Shown here: positions 26,590 through 40,274 of the stretch, in pieces
How positions within the stretch are numbered: the first letter of the stretch is position 1
Layout: the number at the start of each line of letters is the position of its first letter
NCBI GenBank assembly: GCA_951406725.2
Contig: OX597814.1
Span: forward strand, 222,518,001 to 222,582,000
Length of the DNA: 64,000 nt
Source: Octopus vulgaris
Lineage: Eukaryota
Reading direction: 5' to 3'
The notes under the pieces: model-generated
Seen by the model: only the letters and a program-made list of their open reading frames with translations
Told to the model about the DNA's origin: nothing
Databases searched by the model: none
Position numbers and translations under genes: made by a program

Positions 26590-28726
26590 ATACACCTATC
26601 AGCATTGCTACTACAACCTTAATGATAATAACACCATTTAGCACAATAGGTGGTCTCACTATCTACCAGAAAATTAAAACCAGTCGTCACAATAAATATT
26701 ACTCTGGTCACTATAGCTCTAAATATGCAGATGGCGGTCACACCAAGAACACCTTCGCACATATGTCTGCTAGCTCAGGCCTAACCTGGAGATAAATAAT
26801 ACTCACAATTACCACAATTTGCACTACTACTACTACTACTAATACTACTACTACTACTACAAAGCTACGTCATACACACACAGAAATATAACAACAGCGC
26901 CTATTATTATCCTATTATATTCAACGTGATAAATCTCATAACAAAATCCATGGAGGAGGTTTTACGCTAGCAAGATGCAAATTTAATGAGCAGGCAGCGG
27001 ACAGAGAACATCTTCCTACTAACATACACAATAACAGAACCAAGAAAAGCAACTAAACCCGACTTAATCCGTTATTCAGCGAGAATGTTGCTATAATTGT
27101 TGATAGAAATTAAGAATTATTTTGAGTACAGACACTTCCTCTATACATGCAAATATAATTTTTTTTTTCAACTGTAATGAGTTCAATTCCAGCGAAAACT
27201 TCCTGTACAGAACTACTTCACATAATCACACTTACATACTGACAGAGAAAGCTTACGCATAGCCATCAATTCAAAAGACAATTTATAACTTTTGAAAGCT
27301 CTTAACGTCTCTCGGTGAAAGAATTAACAATCATATTGGCAGCATCTACACTTAGGGATGTAGAGAAGGAGAAAAACAACTTTATTTTCATAATTTGTAC
27401 GTGAAATATCCTGGACAAAATCTTCCTATATGTCGAAATATCCGGAAATATGAGGGCATGCGAAATAGAATTTTTATTTATTTCCAAGCTACTAAAAATG
27501 ATACTTAACAGGGGATAAGTGATCTTACCTGGTTTACTCCAAAGGAGCTACTTCGCATGGACAGTATCTGTATGTTCGAAAACATACAATATGAGGTTAT
27601 ACTATAGATGCCCTTTCCTTTAGAGCATAGTTGTCCAGTTTCCATTAATAATATCTCCACTTTGCCACTCGCCACTTTTGAGCAATGAATTCTGTCTAAA
27701 CTGTTCTCTACGAATTCACTAATTCATATAATGATTATAATCTGAACGAACGTTCAGGTTCAACTACATTGTCGAGTAAATTTGAACAGCAACGGTAAGA
27801 AACGGAAAAGAAACACAATGAGATGCTGTGAATTGTACTTGACACTAAAAGAGCAATCACTAGAGGAGGTGACTCCCTAAGATATTTTCTATTTACATCT
27901 GAAGTCGTTTCGATTATATTATTATACATAAAACAATATCCATTTTTATGATACCCGCATAATCTTATAATAAATTGTAATAGTTTTGTCTTCTTTTTAT
28001 TACACCAAAAATCAATATTTCTTCAGTGAGAGTTTCTATATTCTAATTCATTATTCCTGAACCCTTACTTCAAAATTAATGGAAGATTGTTTCTTCTAAT
28101 TAAATAGAGATAATAGTGTCACTGCTGATAACTGCTAGTATGTAGTAATGATAAACCTTACTTGTCACTGCTTTCAACGCCAAGTGGCTATACCGATGGT
28201 TTGAATATAAGGCCTTTCCTAATGGCTCTAGAATACAATTAGCTTATTGACTAATGCAGTCAGCTTCCGGCATGAAACCAAAGGTATGATAATATGGCTA
28301 GTTGAGTTAATAATCACCTGATTTACATTACTCTGAAGTAAAATAGCATGTAATATTTAAAATGGAAAGCAAAAATGAATATAGAAACATAGTATTAATG
28401 CTTAATTTTTTATGTTTTAATATCAATATCAACGGTTTGTATAAAGTACCTCATCTAGTTAAAAGTGAACATTCAGACAATACATATGATAAAATGAAGA
28501 GATCAATACCAATAAAGCAATCACAGATTGCTGCAAGTATAGAATTACTGACTGCGTTATGCTGGGCTCTAATCATAGAGGAGTAACAAAACGTTCTTTT
28601 TCAGTAATATCGAAAAGAAGTAACTGGTTTCTTCGACGTTATGTGTAAAATGGCATAAAACTATGCAATGATTCTGTTTGTTAGAACGTGTGTTTAGAGA
28701 TAATCATAGGTTCATAACAATAATAG

Positions 28727-28760
<34 letters not shown>

Positions 28761-29287
28761 AATAATAATAAAAACTAATGGCTATATAGTTTCTATAGAT
28801 TTTTAGTTGTGATCCACCATTTGGAGGTTTTTACTTTTGTCAGTTAGCATCCTTTTGCTTAGATTGTGATTTACGATCCAAACACCTATTGATTTCTTTC
28901 GTCAGCAGGAAAATAAATTAAGCATTGATAAACTCGACTACCGTTGACATATTTGGGGCGATTATTGATCACGCATTTTTAGTGCAATATCTAACTGGTT
29001 CCTTTACTGTAATGCGCATGGGCGTTCCTCTCTTTATTTTAGATGATATAAAAATATTTAGAAAACTTCAAGATAGCTGTGCTTCCTTCAAAACATAGGA
29101 AAAATTATAACATGCCAGTCCTCCAAATAATATTGCACACATCACAAATATTTCAAACTGGCAATGAATAACGATAACGTTTGTACTAATGAGGATCAAG
29201 ACCGTAACTCCGCAATGCAGTTTTCGTAAAGTATTGAGTAAAATACTTCATTGAATTCTCGTGCGCGCGCGCGGACACACACACACG

Positions 29288-29393
<106 letters not shown>

Positions 29394-30501
29394 TATATAG
29401 AAAGAGAGGCGTATACAAATATTGGATGTGTGTCTGTGTGTCTGTATATACTGTTGATATCATAAGGATTTATAAATGCCGAGTATATGTAAAATAAACA
29501 TTTTGGGAACAATGAATCTCGAAGCACATTCCTTACAGTTCCACTTGCAACTGTTTGGCCACTGATTGCCTCCCTTTAGTCTAGGTTCTTCCCTCAGATA
29601 AGTTTTGTCCCCCATTGCCATTTTCTTGTTTGTACGACGTGGGTCACGTCTGGCTTCAAACCCGCTCAGCCCAGATATGTCTTCTCTGTTGACTTTATGA
29701 AATTCTTTGCCACTTATCAATTGCATGTTGTGGGTGCTACAAATTTCTTACGATCCACTGGGCACTCTAACAAATTCTCAAACCATGCACCAGTGCTGCG
29801 TCATGCCTTTCATATTTCTTCATATCATTTATACGTTTTTATCTCTTTTACAAATTGCAGTTTAAAGTACTACTCTTTAAACAACAAATCACCTTCAAAC
29901 TTATACATAGTTGTGTTATACGGGTGTACAAGCATTGCACGTTGTTTTATCTTCCCATCTACTTCATAAAAATCCTTGTTCTCTTTAATCCACGTCTGCT
30001 ATTTACAGATACACCATTTCAAACCACCGAGTAAACATACGCACACACATACACACACATATACACACGCATACACACATACACTACACACACCCACACA
30101 TCCACGCACTAACATCCAATACATACAAAGAACAAAAACCAACATACTTCTATAGCAGGACGCCTCAATACACCTATATGCATTATACTAAAAGATACTA
30201 CTCTCTCTATTCATATACTTCCAGACACGAAATAATTGCATCTCTGCCCTATCATTCTAGCTTCTTAGCATCGCCAAAAGAACACGATTCTTCTTGCTTT
30301 CTGCGCATCCATACCATTTATAAGTGCTTTATGTTACATTTCCTCTGTGCTTCTCGCTTTCTTCTGATGTAGGAATAACGTCTGAAATGTGGAGGTCCTT
30401 CAGTTTTCAATACGGCGTTACGAAAATATCTTACTTGTCAAACTTTGTTCCTCCTACGTTGCATTTACATTATATGTCTATCTGAATATATGCATGCGTA
30501 T

Positions 30502-30722
30502 AAGGCGGCGAGCTGGCAGAAACGTTAGTGCGCCGGGCGAAATGCTTAGTGGTATTTCGTCTGTCGTTACGTTCTGAGTTCAAATTCCGCCGAGGTCGAC
30601 TTTGCCTTTCATCCTCTCGGGGTCGATAAATAAGGTACCGATTTCGCACTGGGTCGATGTAATCGACTTATTCCCTTGTTTGTCCCCTCTATGTTTAGCT
30701 CTTTGTGGGTAGTAAAGAAATA
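30502..30722 (+). mobile_element. SINE family C (best-preserved copy)
   Basis: AGGCGGCGAGCTGGCAGAAACGTTAG A-box-like, GAGTTCAAATTCC B-box, core GACTTTGCCTTTCATCCT.TCGGGGTCGATAAATAAG; at least 8 related copies in the window. Confidence 0.85.
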
Positions 30723-31198
30723 TATATGCATGCGCAAGTACAAACGTAGGTATGTAAATATTAAAACCTTTTCGTTTGAAAATAAAGTTACTGTTTGTGA
30801 GAATTGTAATGATTCGGCAGTCTTCTATTCATTCAGTCATTCATTCATTCTTTATCTTCTACATTATCTTACTGGGACGTTTATTACAGATGTTCACCCC
30901 CCCCCCGCCTTATACCACAGAAATTCAAACATTAAATATTATATCATTGTCCTCAGTCAGATAACTGGACAAGTTTCACAAATGAGTCTTTCTTTCGTCA
31001 TTTATTCTCGTTCATCTTTTCACAAATGCATATACATTAATCCTAGATTAATATGGTCAAATGGTACTTTTTCGGTGAATATGTATGTTTGAGTTTGCGT
31101 GTCTCTGTGAATGTGTGTATACACTTGTCTGCGCGTGTAGATACATGCTATACATATTTAAGATGCTCATATATGCATATCGATAAATGCGATTAATA

Positions 31199-32451
31199 TT
31201 GTGTTGTCCGGAAAGTTCGTGCCGATTTATAGTAGCTTAACTTTCGACTTATTTTAGAACATGGTTGAGTCCATAAAATAGGATTTGGCGACACCGCCAT
31301 TTAGAGCACAGTTTAAGCTGTCTTTTCGTGGAAGAAGGTTTATGTTCCTATAACCTGTGTTAATTCTGTAGCCCTTAAAAATGGAAGATAAGAAAGTTCA
31401 TTTTCGGCACTTGATGCTTTTCTTTTTCCGCAAAGGAAAAATTCCCTCACAAGCAACCAAAGAAATATGTGCAGTTTACGGTGATGTTTCTTTATCTGAA
31501 AGAACTGTACGGTTGTGGTTTGCAAGGTTCCGAGCTGGAGATTGTTGCCTTATTGATAAAGAGTGATCAGACAGACCATCCACTACAGATGATGACCAAA
31601 TCAAGTCATTACTTCAGAATAACCCACATTACACAACCCGAGAATTAGCAGAAAGTCTCAACCTATCAAAATCCATCGTTCATGAGCACCTGGTAAAGCT
31701 TGGGTACCATATGAGTTGAGTGAGCAGAACCTTTTGGATCGCATTTCCATCTGTTATTCGCTTTATATATGGAATGAAAATGCGCCTTTTTTTAAAGAAA
31801 ATTGTGACAGGTGATGAGAAATGGATTATCTACCGAAATGTTTAGAGGAAGTGACCCTGGAGTAAGCGACATGAGCTACCCTTAGCCACCCCAAAAGCGG
31901 GTCTTCACCCTAAAAAAGTCTTGCTTTGTGTCTGGTAGGATTGGAAAGGAATTCTGTACTACGAGCTTCTCCCAAGTAACCAGACAATTAATTCTGAGAA
32001 ATACTGCACACAACTGGACGAGTTAATAGCAGCAATTCAAGAGAAACGTCCAAAACTGGCCAACAGGAAGGGTGTTGTTTTCCAACATGGTAATGCAAAA
32101 CCGCACGTTCTTTGGGAACCATACAAACATTGCTGCAGCTCGGCTGGGATGTGTTACCCCACCCTCCACATTCACCAGATATTCTGATTTCCACTTATTC
32201 AGGTCTCTGCAGAATACACTTAATGGTAAAAAATATCAATTCCTTGGATGACATAAAAAGATACCTTGATGAATTCTTTGCCATGAAGCCACTTCAATTC
32301 TGGGAAGAGGGTATTTTCAAGTTAAAGGAAAGATGGAGACGCATTGTTCAACAAAATGGTTCATATTTGGTTGATTAAAAATGTAATAGCAAGTACTTAT
32401 TGACCTTTTTCTTTCCTTTAAAAATCGGCACGAACTTTCCGGACAACCCAA
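31199..32451 (+). mobile_element. Full-length mariner DNA transposon (1253 bp)
   Basis: 30-bp TIRs TTGTGTTGTCCGGAAAGTTCGTGCCGATTT (31199-31228) / AAATCGGCACGAACTTTCCGGACAACCCAA (32422-32451), 1 mismatch; TA TSD on both sides. Confidence 0.95.
31381..32378 (+). pseudogene. Mariner DD34D transposase pseudogene
   Basis: MEDKKVHFRH...WFARFRAG HTH, WVPYEL, TGDEKW, QHGNAKPH (catalytic D mutated), HPPHSPDI, WEEGIFKLKERW; multiple stops and frameshifts. Confidence 0.92.
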
Positions 32452-32494
32452 TAGTTATGTACAGGATACAAATATACTTCGAAACTTAATTACC

Positions 32495-32580
32495 ACTTAC
32501 CTGTATATGAATGGCGATTTGTTCAAATTTAATACAAGCGGTACTTACCTACAAAAGTAAAAGAAAAATAATGTTATTAA
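32495..32580 (-). promoter_or_regulatory. Candidate recursive splice site (3'SS fused to 5'SS) with 48-nt RS-exon/microexon (32548-32501)
   Basis: Minus strand: TTAATAAC...TTTTTCTTTTACTTTTGTAG|GTAAGT...ATACAG|GTAAGT. Confidence 0.5.
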
Positions 32581-33428
32581 TTACAATTTGTATGCATATA
32601 CACTACACACACACAGACACATATATAAGTGTGCGCGTGTGTGTGTGTTATTTAAAGTGTATTCCGTTAGGAACGTATTAGAGTACAAAATAGAGCTCGT
32701 TCATCCTTAGAATGTTCTCCTTCCTGTTAACGGTATTTATTCAATTTTGATATGTGTATGTAAAATGTATGTATGTATTTAGGTAGGTAGGTAGGCAAGC
32801 AGGCAGGCATTTGTAGGCATCAGTAATTGATTTATGCAAAGTTGCAAATAAAACGACTAACCATTAAGTGTTGTATAGTTCAAAAGATTTAAGTAGGGTA
32901 TTCCATTTAGGCGGTGTCGAAGTTTGATCGTCGTTGATTTCGACAAACAGCAAATATTTTAGTCTTTTTTTTTTTTTCATGCCTTCCTATGAATTCCATT
33001 TTTTTCCATTTTTTACCCCTTGCTTGTTGGAGCTAGAACCTATAATCCAGTTGCTGTTTAATAATATATATTTTGAAATACTAAGAGATAATGATTTCTG
33101 TATGATATTTGATTGGGTAAGGAGACACAAATATTTTAATTGTGAAATTCCCGTATATTAATACTTTAAATGGAGTTTTTTGATAAATCTATATCAGTAG
33201 ATGCATATAATACAATAAATGTATTACATTCTACAATAGTAATGAAATCACAGAAAAACAATTAAAAAATCATTAATGCTAAACAGCAGATGACAATCAG
33301 TAAATCTTGAAATGTTCTTAACAAAAGTGAAATTCACATCAAAGGAAGAAAAAAATGAAAGTAAGAACATGTGAAAACCTTCAATCTAGAAAATCTACTG
33401 CATCACTTGACAAAAAAAACGAAGATAA

Positions 33429-33484
<56 letters not shown>

Positions 33485-33573
33485 CTATGCGTATGTATGT
33501 ATTAGTTTATAATTATATGTATATACATCCATGTACATATACACACCCAGATGCACAGACAGACACGCATACT

Positions 33574-33635
<62 letters not shown>

Positions 33636-34446
33636 TGGCGTAACATATATTTGGGGTGTGCTAATCCAAGATTAGTAGATACGAAGGAATGGTTGGATAA
33701 ATGAGGCATTTGGGCCTTATCTAAATATCAATGCATGGAAGATAAACACCAGAACACACCCAAGTGTCAATGTTCACGAGAATTATATAGTTAGCGATCT
33801 GTTAAGATCTATAAAGCCTTAGAATAGTGATGTATATCAAATACTAGAGCAGTACTTAATATCTTCCAATAATTAGTTTTGATTATCGTTATTCACTCAT
33901 TGCTGCAGTAGAATATTTCCTATGAATTCATACGTAATCGATAACGTAAGTTTTAATCATAAAGCTGGTATATTAAATAGACTCTATCATACCCATTCAA
34001 CGTGCCTAAGAGACATTCCTGTTTAAATGCGCAATCATTAATCAATGAATCCTCGTGGCTGTTACATAGACTAGTTGATGTATAACTACGCTCAAAAAAC
34101 GATTGAAAGAGCGTAGAATATATCTAATATATCCCAACGCTATACCGTGTAAATACCACCGTATTCAATCCTCACGCTCTAGTTAATTGAATACTCGATA
34201 AATTCCGTCTTCAGTTCAATATAATACCGTGTATTGTTCATTAGATGACCTTTTATCGAGGCAAGATATGATATTAAAGTATATAACTACATGATTATAT
34301 AAATTCATCAAAGAATTTTCGGTAATAACTGTGAAAGACAAGCTCTTAAGTACGGCTTCTCTCAATCGCAAAGTCTTTGTCTTCCACTCTGAGTTTCATT
34401 ATATTTGTATTTATGTATGTACGTATGTATGCGTCTCTCTCTTTCT

Positions 34447-34531
<85 letters not shown>

Positions 34532-34650
34532 TTGTGTGTATGAATATATATATATATACATACACACACACATATATATATGCATATATGTATGTATACA
34601 GACATATATATATGCATATTTATTTATGTTTATGTATATAACTGTATATA

Positions 34651-36934
34651 TAAACTTAGATAAACTTAGATATGTTTCGACCAAAGATTGGTCCAGGCCA
34701 TGTCTAACTTAATAGCACCACCTGATAGGATTATTCGAATCCTGTTTAAGTCAAGTTTTGTTCAAGTAGTGAGTTCTTGTTGGGTGAGTTGTATCCAATT
34801 ATGGGTGGCTTATCTGGTATTCTTTGAAGGAATCTATCCAGACTCTGTTTAAAGTTGATGGGATCCTTTTCCTCTTTGATCTCTCTCGGGACAATGTTAA
34901 ATAGGGCAGAGCCTGTTGAGGAAAAGAAATTATGTTGCAGTGTACATGTATGTTGTGATCTTGAATTGGGCAGGGGACGTATAGCCCGTGGTCCCAGTCT
35001 TGGATGAACCTTGAAGCTAATGTTTAGGTCGTTTGGGCAAAGTTGGCGGTATATTTTCCACATCGTACAAATGATGTACCGCTCACGGCGACGCTGGAGG
35101 GAGTAAAGTTTCAAGGCTTTAAGGCGATCCCAATAATCGAGAGCAGCCATGCCTTCAATGCGTTTAGTGAGTGCCCTCTGGGGTGACTCAATTCTGGAGA
35201 TGTTTTGTCTTGTGTGAGGAGACCACAGTGGGCAGCAGTATTCAAGGTGTGGCCGTACAAAGGAGGAAAAAGTGGTATGATGACACCTTGTTCTCTGGAC
35301 CGGAAAGTTCTTAAGATCCAGGAACTCATCCTACGAGCTATATCGACCTTCTTGTTGATGTGTGCACTCCAACTGAGATCGTCATCAACAATTACACCCA
35401 GGTCTCTGATATTGTTAGAGGCTGTGAGCGGTTCCCCTGAAGGAAGAGAGTATGGCTGTTTTAGTGAGGAGTTTCTTCCAAAATGCATCAGCTCAAATTT
35501 TCCCTCGTTCAGTTGCATTTTGTTTCTGTCTGCCCATTGACTCACAGCATATAGATCAGACTGGAGTTGAGTTCGGTCTGCTTCTTCATTGACGATTTGC
35601 TGGAGCTTGGTGTCATCAGCAAATATTTTCACTTTGCAGTAATGTACGACACTGGAAAGGTCGTTTATGTAGATTATAAAGAGTAGCGGAACCAAGACAG
35701 TCCCCTGGGGGACACCGCTGGTGACTTTTGCTGGGCTTGAGTGGACTCCATCAACTACAACATGTTGTGTTCTATTCGCCAGGAAATACTTGATCCAGTG
35801 TAGAACTTTTCCACGGATTCCAACATTTGCCAATTTAGAGAGTAGGATATTATGGTCTACCCTTTCGAACGCTTTACTGAAGTCAAGATATATGACATCA
35901 GAGTTCGAACCTGTTCCCAAGGCTTTGAGTACATCTTCAATGTGGTGTAAGAGCTGTGTTAGACAGTCCCTGCCACAGCGAAAGCCATGCTGATTTGCAT
36001 TTAGGAGTTTCTGGGTCTCCAGGAAGTCAGCCATCCTTGATCTTAACACTGTTTCAAACACTTTGATGATGTGGGAGGTGAGTGAGATTGGGCGATAGTT
36101 GAGTGCGAGGGATCTGTTTCCCTGTTTGAAAACCGGGATGACTGACTGGGATAGAAACTGTTTTGGTATATAACCTGCATCTAACGAATTTCTCCAGAGG
36201 TTGGTCAGAGGGACTGCAAGTTGGTGTCTACATTCCTTCAGGAGACTAGCGGGGAATCTATCAGGGCCTACAGCAGAGTAGTATTTGACCTCATTTATTG
36301 CTGCTACGATGTCAGTGGGAGTGAAGGTTATGTCTGAGATTTTATGTTGGGAGTCAACTTCGTTCGCTTCTCTTACGTCAATATCAGTGGGAACACTAAA
36401 GACAGAGCAGTATTGTTTCTGCAGTATTTCTGCCATTTCTTTAGCATCGTGTTGGGGAATGCCGTTAGCATCAATTAATGGCCCAATGGGTGAGACAGTG
36501 GTTCTATGCTTATTTGCATAGGAATAGAACACTTTTGGGTTCTGTTTGATGTTTTTGATTACCCACTGTTCCTCCGCAGCTCTTTGGTTTTCAATGGAGG
36601 TTTTCATGTCGTTCTGCAGATGAAGTTTTTCCAGCTCTAGCCTTTTCATTGTTGTTGAACGTGGATGTTGTTTGTGGGAATATTTTAATTGGTTGATTTT
36701 TTTGTTAAGTCTTTTGATGCGCCTGATGAGTGTTTTCTTCTTTTTAGGGAGCCGATTTCTGTTTGTGTTAGTAGATTTCGTGGGAGCGTGTTTAGAGCAT
36801 GTATATGTGACAATGTTTTCAAAGTGCTGCCATGCGGTCTCAATATGGGTGGAATTGAGAGTAAAAGACCAGTCGATGAAAGACAGATCCTTTCTGATTG
36901 CTCCCCAGTCCGCTTTATGGAAGTTTATGTTATC
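34651..36934 (-). mobile_element. 5'-truncated CR1-group LINE
   Basis: RT ORF with YRPISLTS, QHGFR, YLDFSKAF, GVPQG, FADD and IRDLGV motifs; 3' UTR hairpin GACCAA/TTGGTC and (TCTAAGTTTA)2 tail; 5' end truncated into a (TA)-rich tract; endonuclease absent. Confidence 0.93.
34746..36934 (-). pseudogene. LINE ORF2 reverse transcriptase (one frameshift near 35265)
   Basis: Track ORFs 35111-37072 and 34746-35150 join into one RT/C-terminal domain (RPHLEYCCPLW...LYSLQRRRERY) after a frameshift; the N-terminal IY repeats of the long ORF are microsatellite. Confidence 0.9.
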
Positions 36935-36983
36935 ATACGTATTTGTATATATGTATGCATATAAATGTATGTATATATATACG

Positions 36984-37045
<62 letters not shown>

Positions 37046-37088
37046 GGTGAGAAAGTTGGTGTGTGAAAGCACGTGGTTGAATATATAG

Positions 37089-37197
37089 AAAATTGTAAAA
37101 AGTGAAAAAACTACAGAAGGCTTGTTTTAAAAGGTTAAAAAATATATATTTGAGTCATTATGTCTGAAGAATGTTATAAATTTTTTTCCTACAATAT

Positions 37198-37251
<54 letters not shown>

Positions 37252-37370
37252 GTATTTGTATATATGTATGCATATAAATGTATGTATATATATATACGTA
37301 TATGACTCAAATATATATTTTTTTACTTTTTAAAACAAGCCTCCTGTAGTTTTTTCACTTTTTACTATTT

Positions 37371-37371
<1 letters not shown>
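37089..37371. repeat. ~70-bp inverted repeat pair around a (TA)n tract
   Basis: 37089-37158 is the reverse complement of 37302-37371; also a ~54-bp direct duplication at 36935-36988 / 37248-37303. Confidence 0.85.
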
Positions 37372-37405
<34 letters not shown>

Positions 37406-37412
37406 ATAAATA

Positions 37413-37527
37413 TAAGATAACAAAAGAAAGAAAGAATAAATCCAAATAGGGAAATTATTTACAGGGTCAAGATAAAACTCTGAGTTTCAGATGCCGAAGT
37501 GGAAATCCACAATCCATCTATTTTATT
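37413..37527 (-). mobile_element. Second copy of the 3.5-kb hammerhead element (core degenerate)
   Basis: Minus strand AGATGG..GTGGATTTCCACTTCGGCATCT-GAAA-CTC A GAG-TT-TTATC matches 3601-3648. Confidence 0.6.
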
Positions 37528-38517
37528 ACGCTAGTAAAAACGTTATGAAAAATATAAAATATTATTAGAGACAAAACCACTATTTTTCGTCATAAACATT
37601 ATAGAGAAATACATAAATACATAAATAGTCTTATATATGTAAATACACGTGCGTGTGTGTGTGTAGCTGTATGTGTCTGTGTTTATCTGTGTATGTCTGT
37701 GTCTTTGTATTTGTGTTTGTGTATGTATGTATGTATGTATGTATGTGTGTATGTATGTATGTATGTATGTATGTATGTATGTATGTATGTGTGTGTGTCT
37801 CTGTATATATGTATCTATGTATGCATACACTTGAAATATCTGTACAAATTGTACGGTGAAACAATGTGTCAACGTTAGGTATAGTCGTACGAATTAAGTT
37901 ATTCATGCTCTGCTGTATGCTATTGAGTACTTTTGTTTGGTTCGTTATTACTAGCTTAATATACATTTCTTTGTGTGTGTGTGTGTTAAACAAATATATG
38001 TAACTGGAATTTAGGTGTGTGTATACATATGTGTGTATACGTACACATATGCATGTGTGTGTGAGAGTCTGTGTGTGTGTGTGTGTACGTAGAGAGAGAG
38101 AGAGACAGACAGACAGATATAGAAAGGGAGAGGGTGATGTTCATTGTTACCCATACAAACAGACGAGGAAGACGACTGCTAGCAGAATGTTTCGTTCACA
38201 AACCAAAACTATTCGTAAAACTTGTCGAAGATTATATCGATTCTAATTTATGTCAGACGGAGAAGGCTTTACAACGAGGCCAAGACAAAACAAAATCGAA
38301 ATGTATCTGTAGGCGCTTACAATCTTACAAATCAAAGATAGATGCATAACAACTCAAATGAGACAACAACTGGAATTTAGAAGGTCTGTTGTTATGTTGA
38401 AGCTGAAAGTAATATAGAAAAGAGAAAGAAAAGTAAAAACAGTCTTTTTTTAGGCTCAAATTCTATTCATCCTTACGATTTCGAACTTTCTGTAGGGTGC
38501 GACAGTTGTTCAATGTC

Positions 38518-38600
38518 GTTTCAAGATTTCTCGCCAATAGAGAAAGAGTTGGCGTATAGTCTAGATCCACGGCTCCATTGGAATTTCAACATCAAGAACA
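38518..38600 (-). repeat. Dispersed short repeat (related to 53270-53375) next to a (TATG)n-like tract
   Basis: TCAAGATTTCT.GCCAATAG...CTAGATCCA.GGCTCC...GAATTTCAACATCAA is the reverse complement of 53270-53347. Confidence 0.6.
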
Positions 38601-38797
38601 GGGTACTTTTATATGTATGCATGCATGTATGTTTGTTTGTATGCATGCACGTATGCATATGTGCATATTTGCATGTTTTCTTTTATCTATGCAGTCTCTG
38701 TTTTCTTTTATCTATGCATATAGTTGCATATCTAGACATGCACATATATATTTAAATGGTAAACTTGTGCAAAGTTTTGCAGATTTTTACAGTTCCA

Positions 38798-38847
<50 letters not shown>

Positions 38848-39045
38848 CATACACATACACACACACATACACACACACACATATATATATATACATACAT
38901 ATACATTCACCTACACACAAATATGTATGTGTATATATTTATAGATATGTGCATAACAAAATACGATATACATACATATTGACATATTTATACATAAAGA
39001 GGCATTCGTTTAATGATATCCATATTCTATGGCACGTGCACATAT

Positions 39046-39153
<108 letters not shown>

Positions 39154-40240
39154 ATATATATGTATGTTGTAGTATGTATGTATGTATTCATGCATGTATG
39201 TATGTATGTATGTATGTATGTATGTATGTATGTATGTGAGAGAATGCAAGGGCGTGCATCTATTTATGGCGGGCGAAAATGCCAGAACCCGTTCCATACC
39301 ATTATCTGCAATACACATTAGATTTAGTTGCATATATTTATGTATACCATGTTAACCTATGCATAAAGATTCTGAATGAGCTGAAGTACTTTTGTAAAAA
39401 CATACAATTTCTGTTAGAATTCAGACAGGGCCAACTTTAGTGATATTTTCACCAACGTTCGCACACACACGCATACACACACACACACATGTAAATGTAT
39501 GTATGTGTCTGTGTATGCATGTATGCATGTATGTGTGTGAGTGCTTGCATATGTGTATATGTTTTTATATGTATGTACTTATAGAAACACACACCGATAA
39601 ACGCATCCGTTATAAAGTTTAAAGAAGTGTGAAATTCTAACAGACGTTAGCTGTTTCTTCAGGAAATATGTCTAAATATACCAGATACGTTTTTAGCTAG
39701 AACCAGCATTATTTATTATGCCGTTAGTAACGCATGACTGTGTACTACTTCCAGTGCTGGCGTTTGGAATTCAATTTTCTCACAAGGATAGTCAGTAATT
39801 GTCGAACGACATGTGACATACACTTTGATAACAATTATTCACGCGTGGCTATTTATTGATCACCTGAACTGATCCAAGAATTTTCTAGCTATGACAGAAT
39901 ATTTAGAACATATAAGGAAACGAATACAAATAGTATTTTATATTTGATAGTCATACTATTCCATCACATTCTACCATATAAAACATAGATATATTTACGC
40001 AAAATTTTGTATTAAGACGGTATCATTTCACTGGAGTTTATTCACCCCTCGAGGAGAATATAGTGTCATTACTTCCCTTTATTTGATACTACTGCCAAGG
40101 ATTTATTAATAAATGTGGATTTCTGGCGATAAGAGCGATTAGATAAACAGCTTCTAATTTCAGATTCCCATCGGGCTATCTCTAGTAAACGTGATTATCT
40201 ACATATAAACATATGTATAAACACAGACACGTTTGTATGC

Positions 40241-40274
<34 letters not shown>

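Noticed and set aside
27529-27741. Minus-strand exon-like segment with about 60 open codons
   Set aside because: No recognisable homology, and stops occur right after the putative acceptor.
34670-34700. GACCAA/TTGGTC-GAAAC at the LINE 3' end as a hammerhead
   Set aside because: No CUGANGA core or stem I; better explained as the LINE 3' recognition stem-loop.
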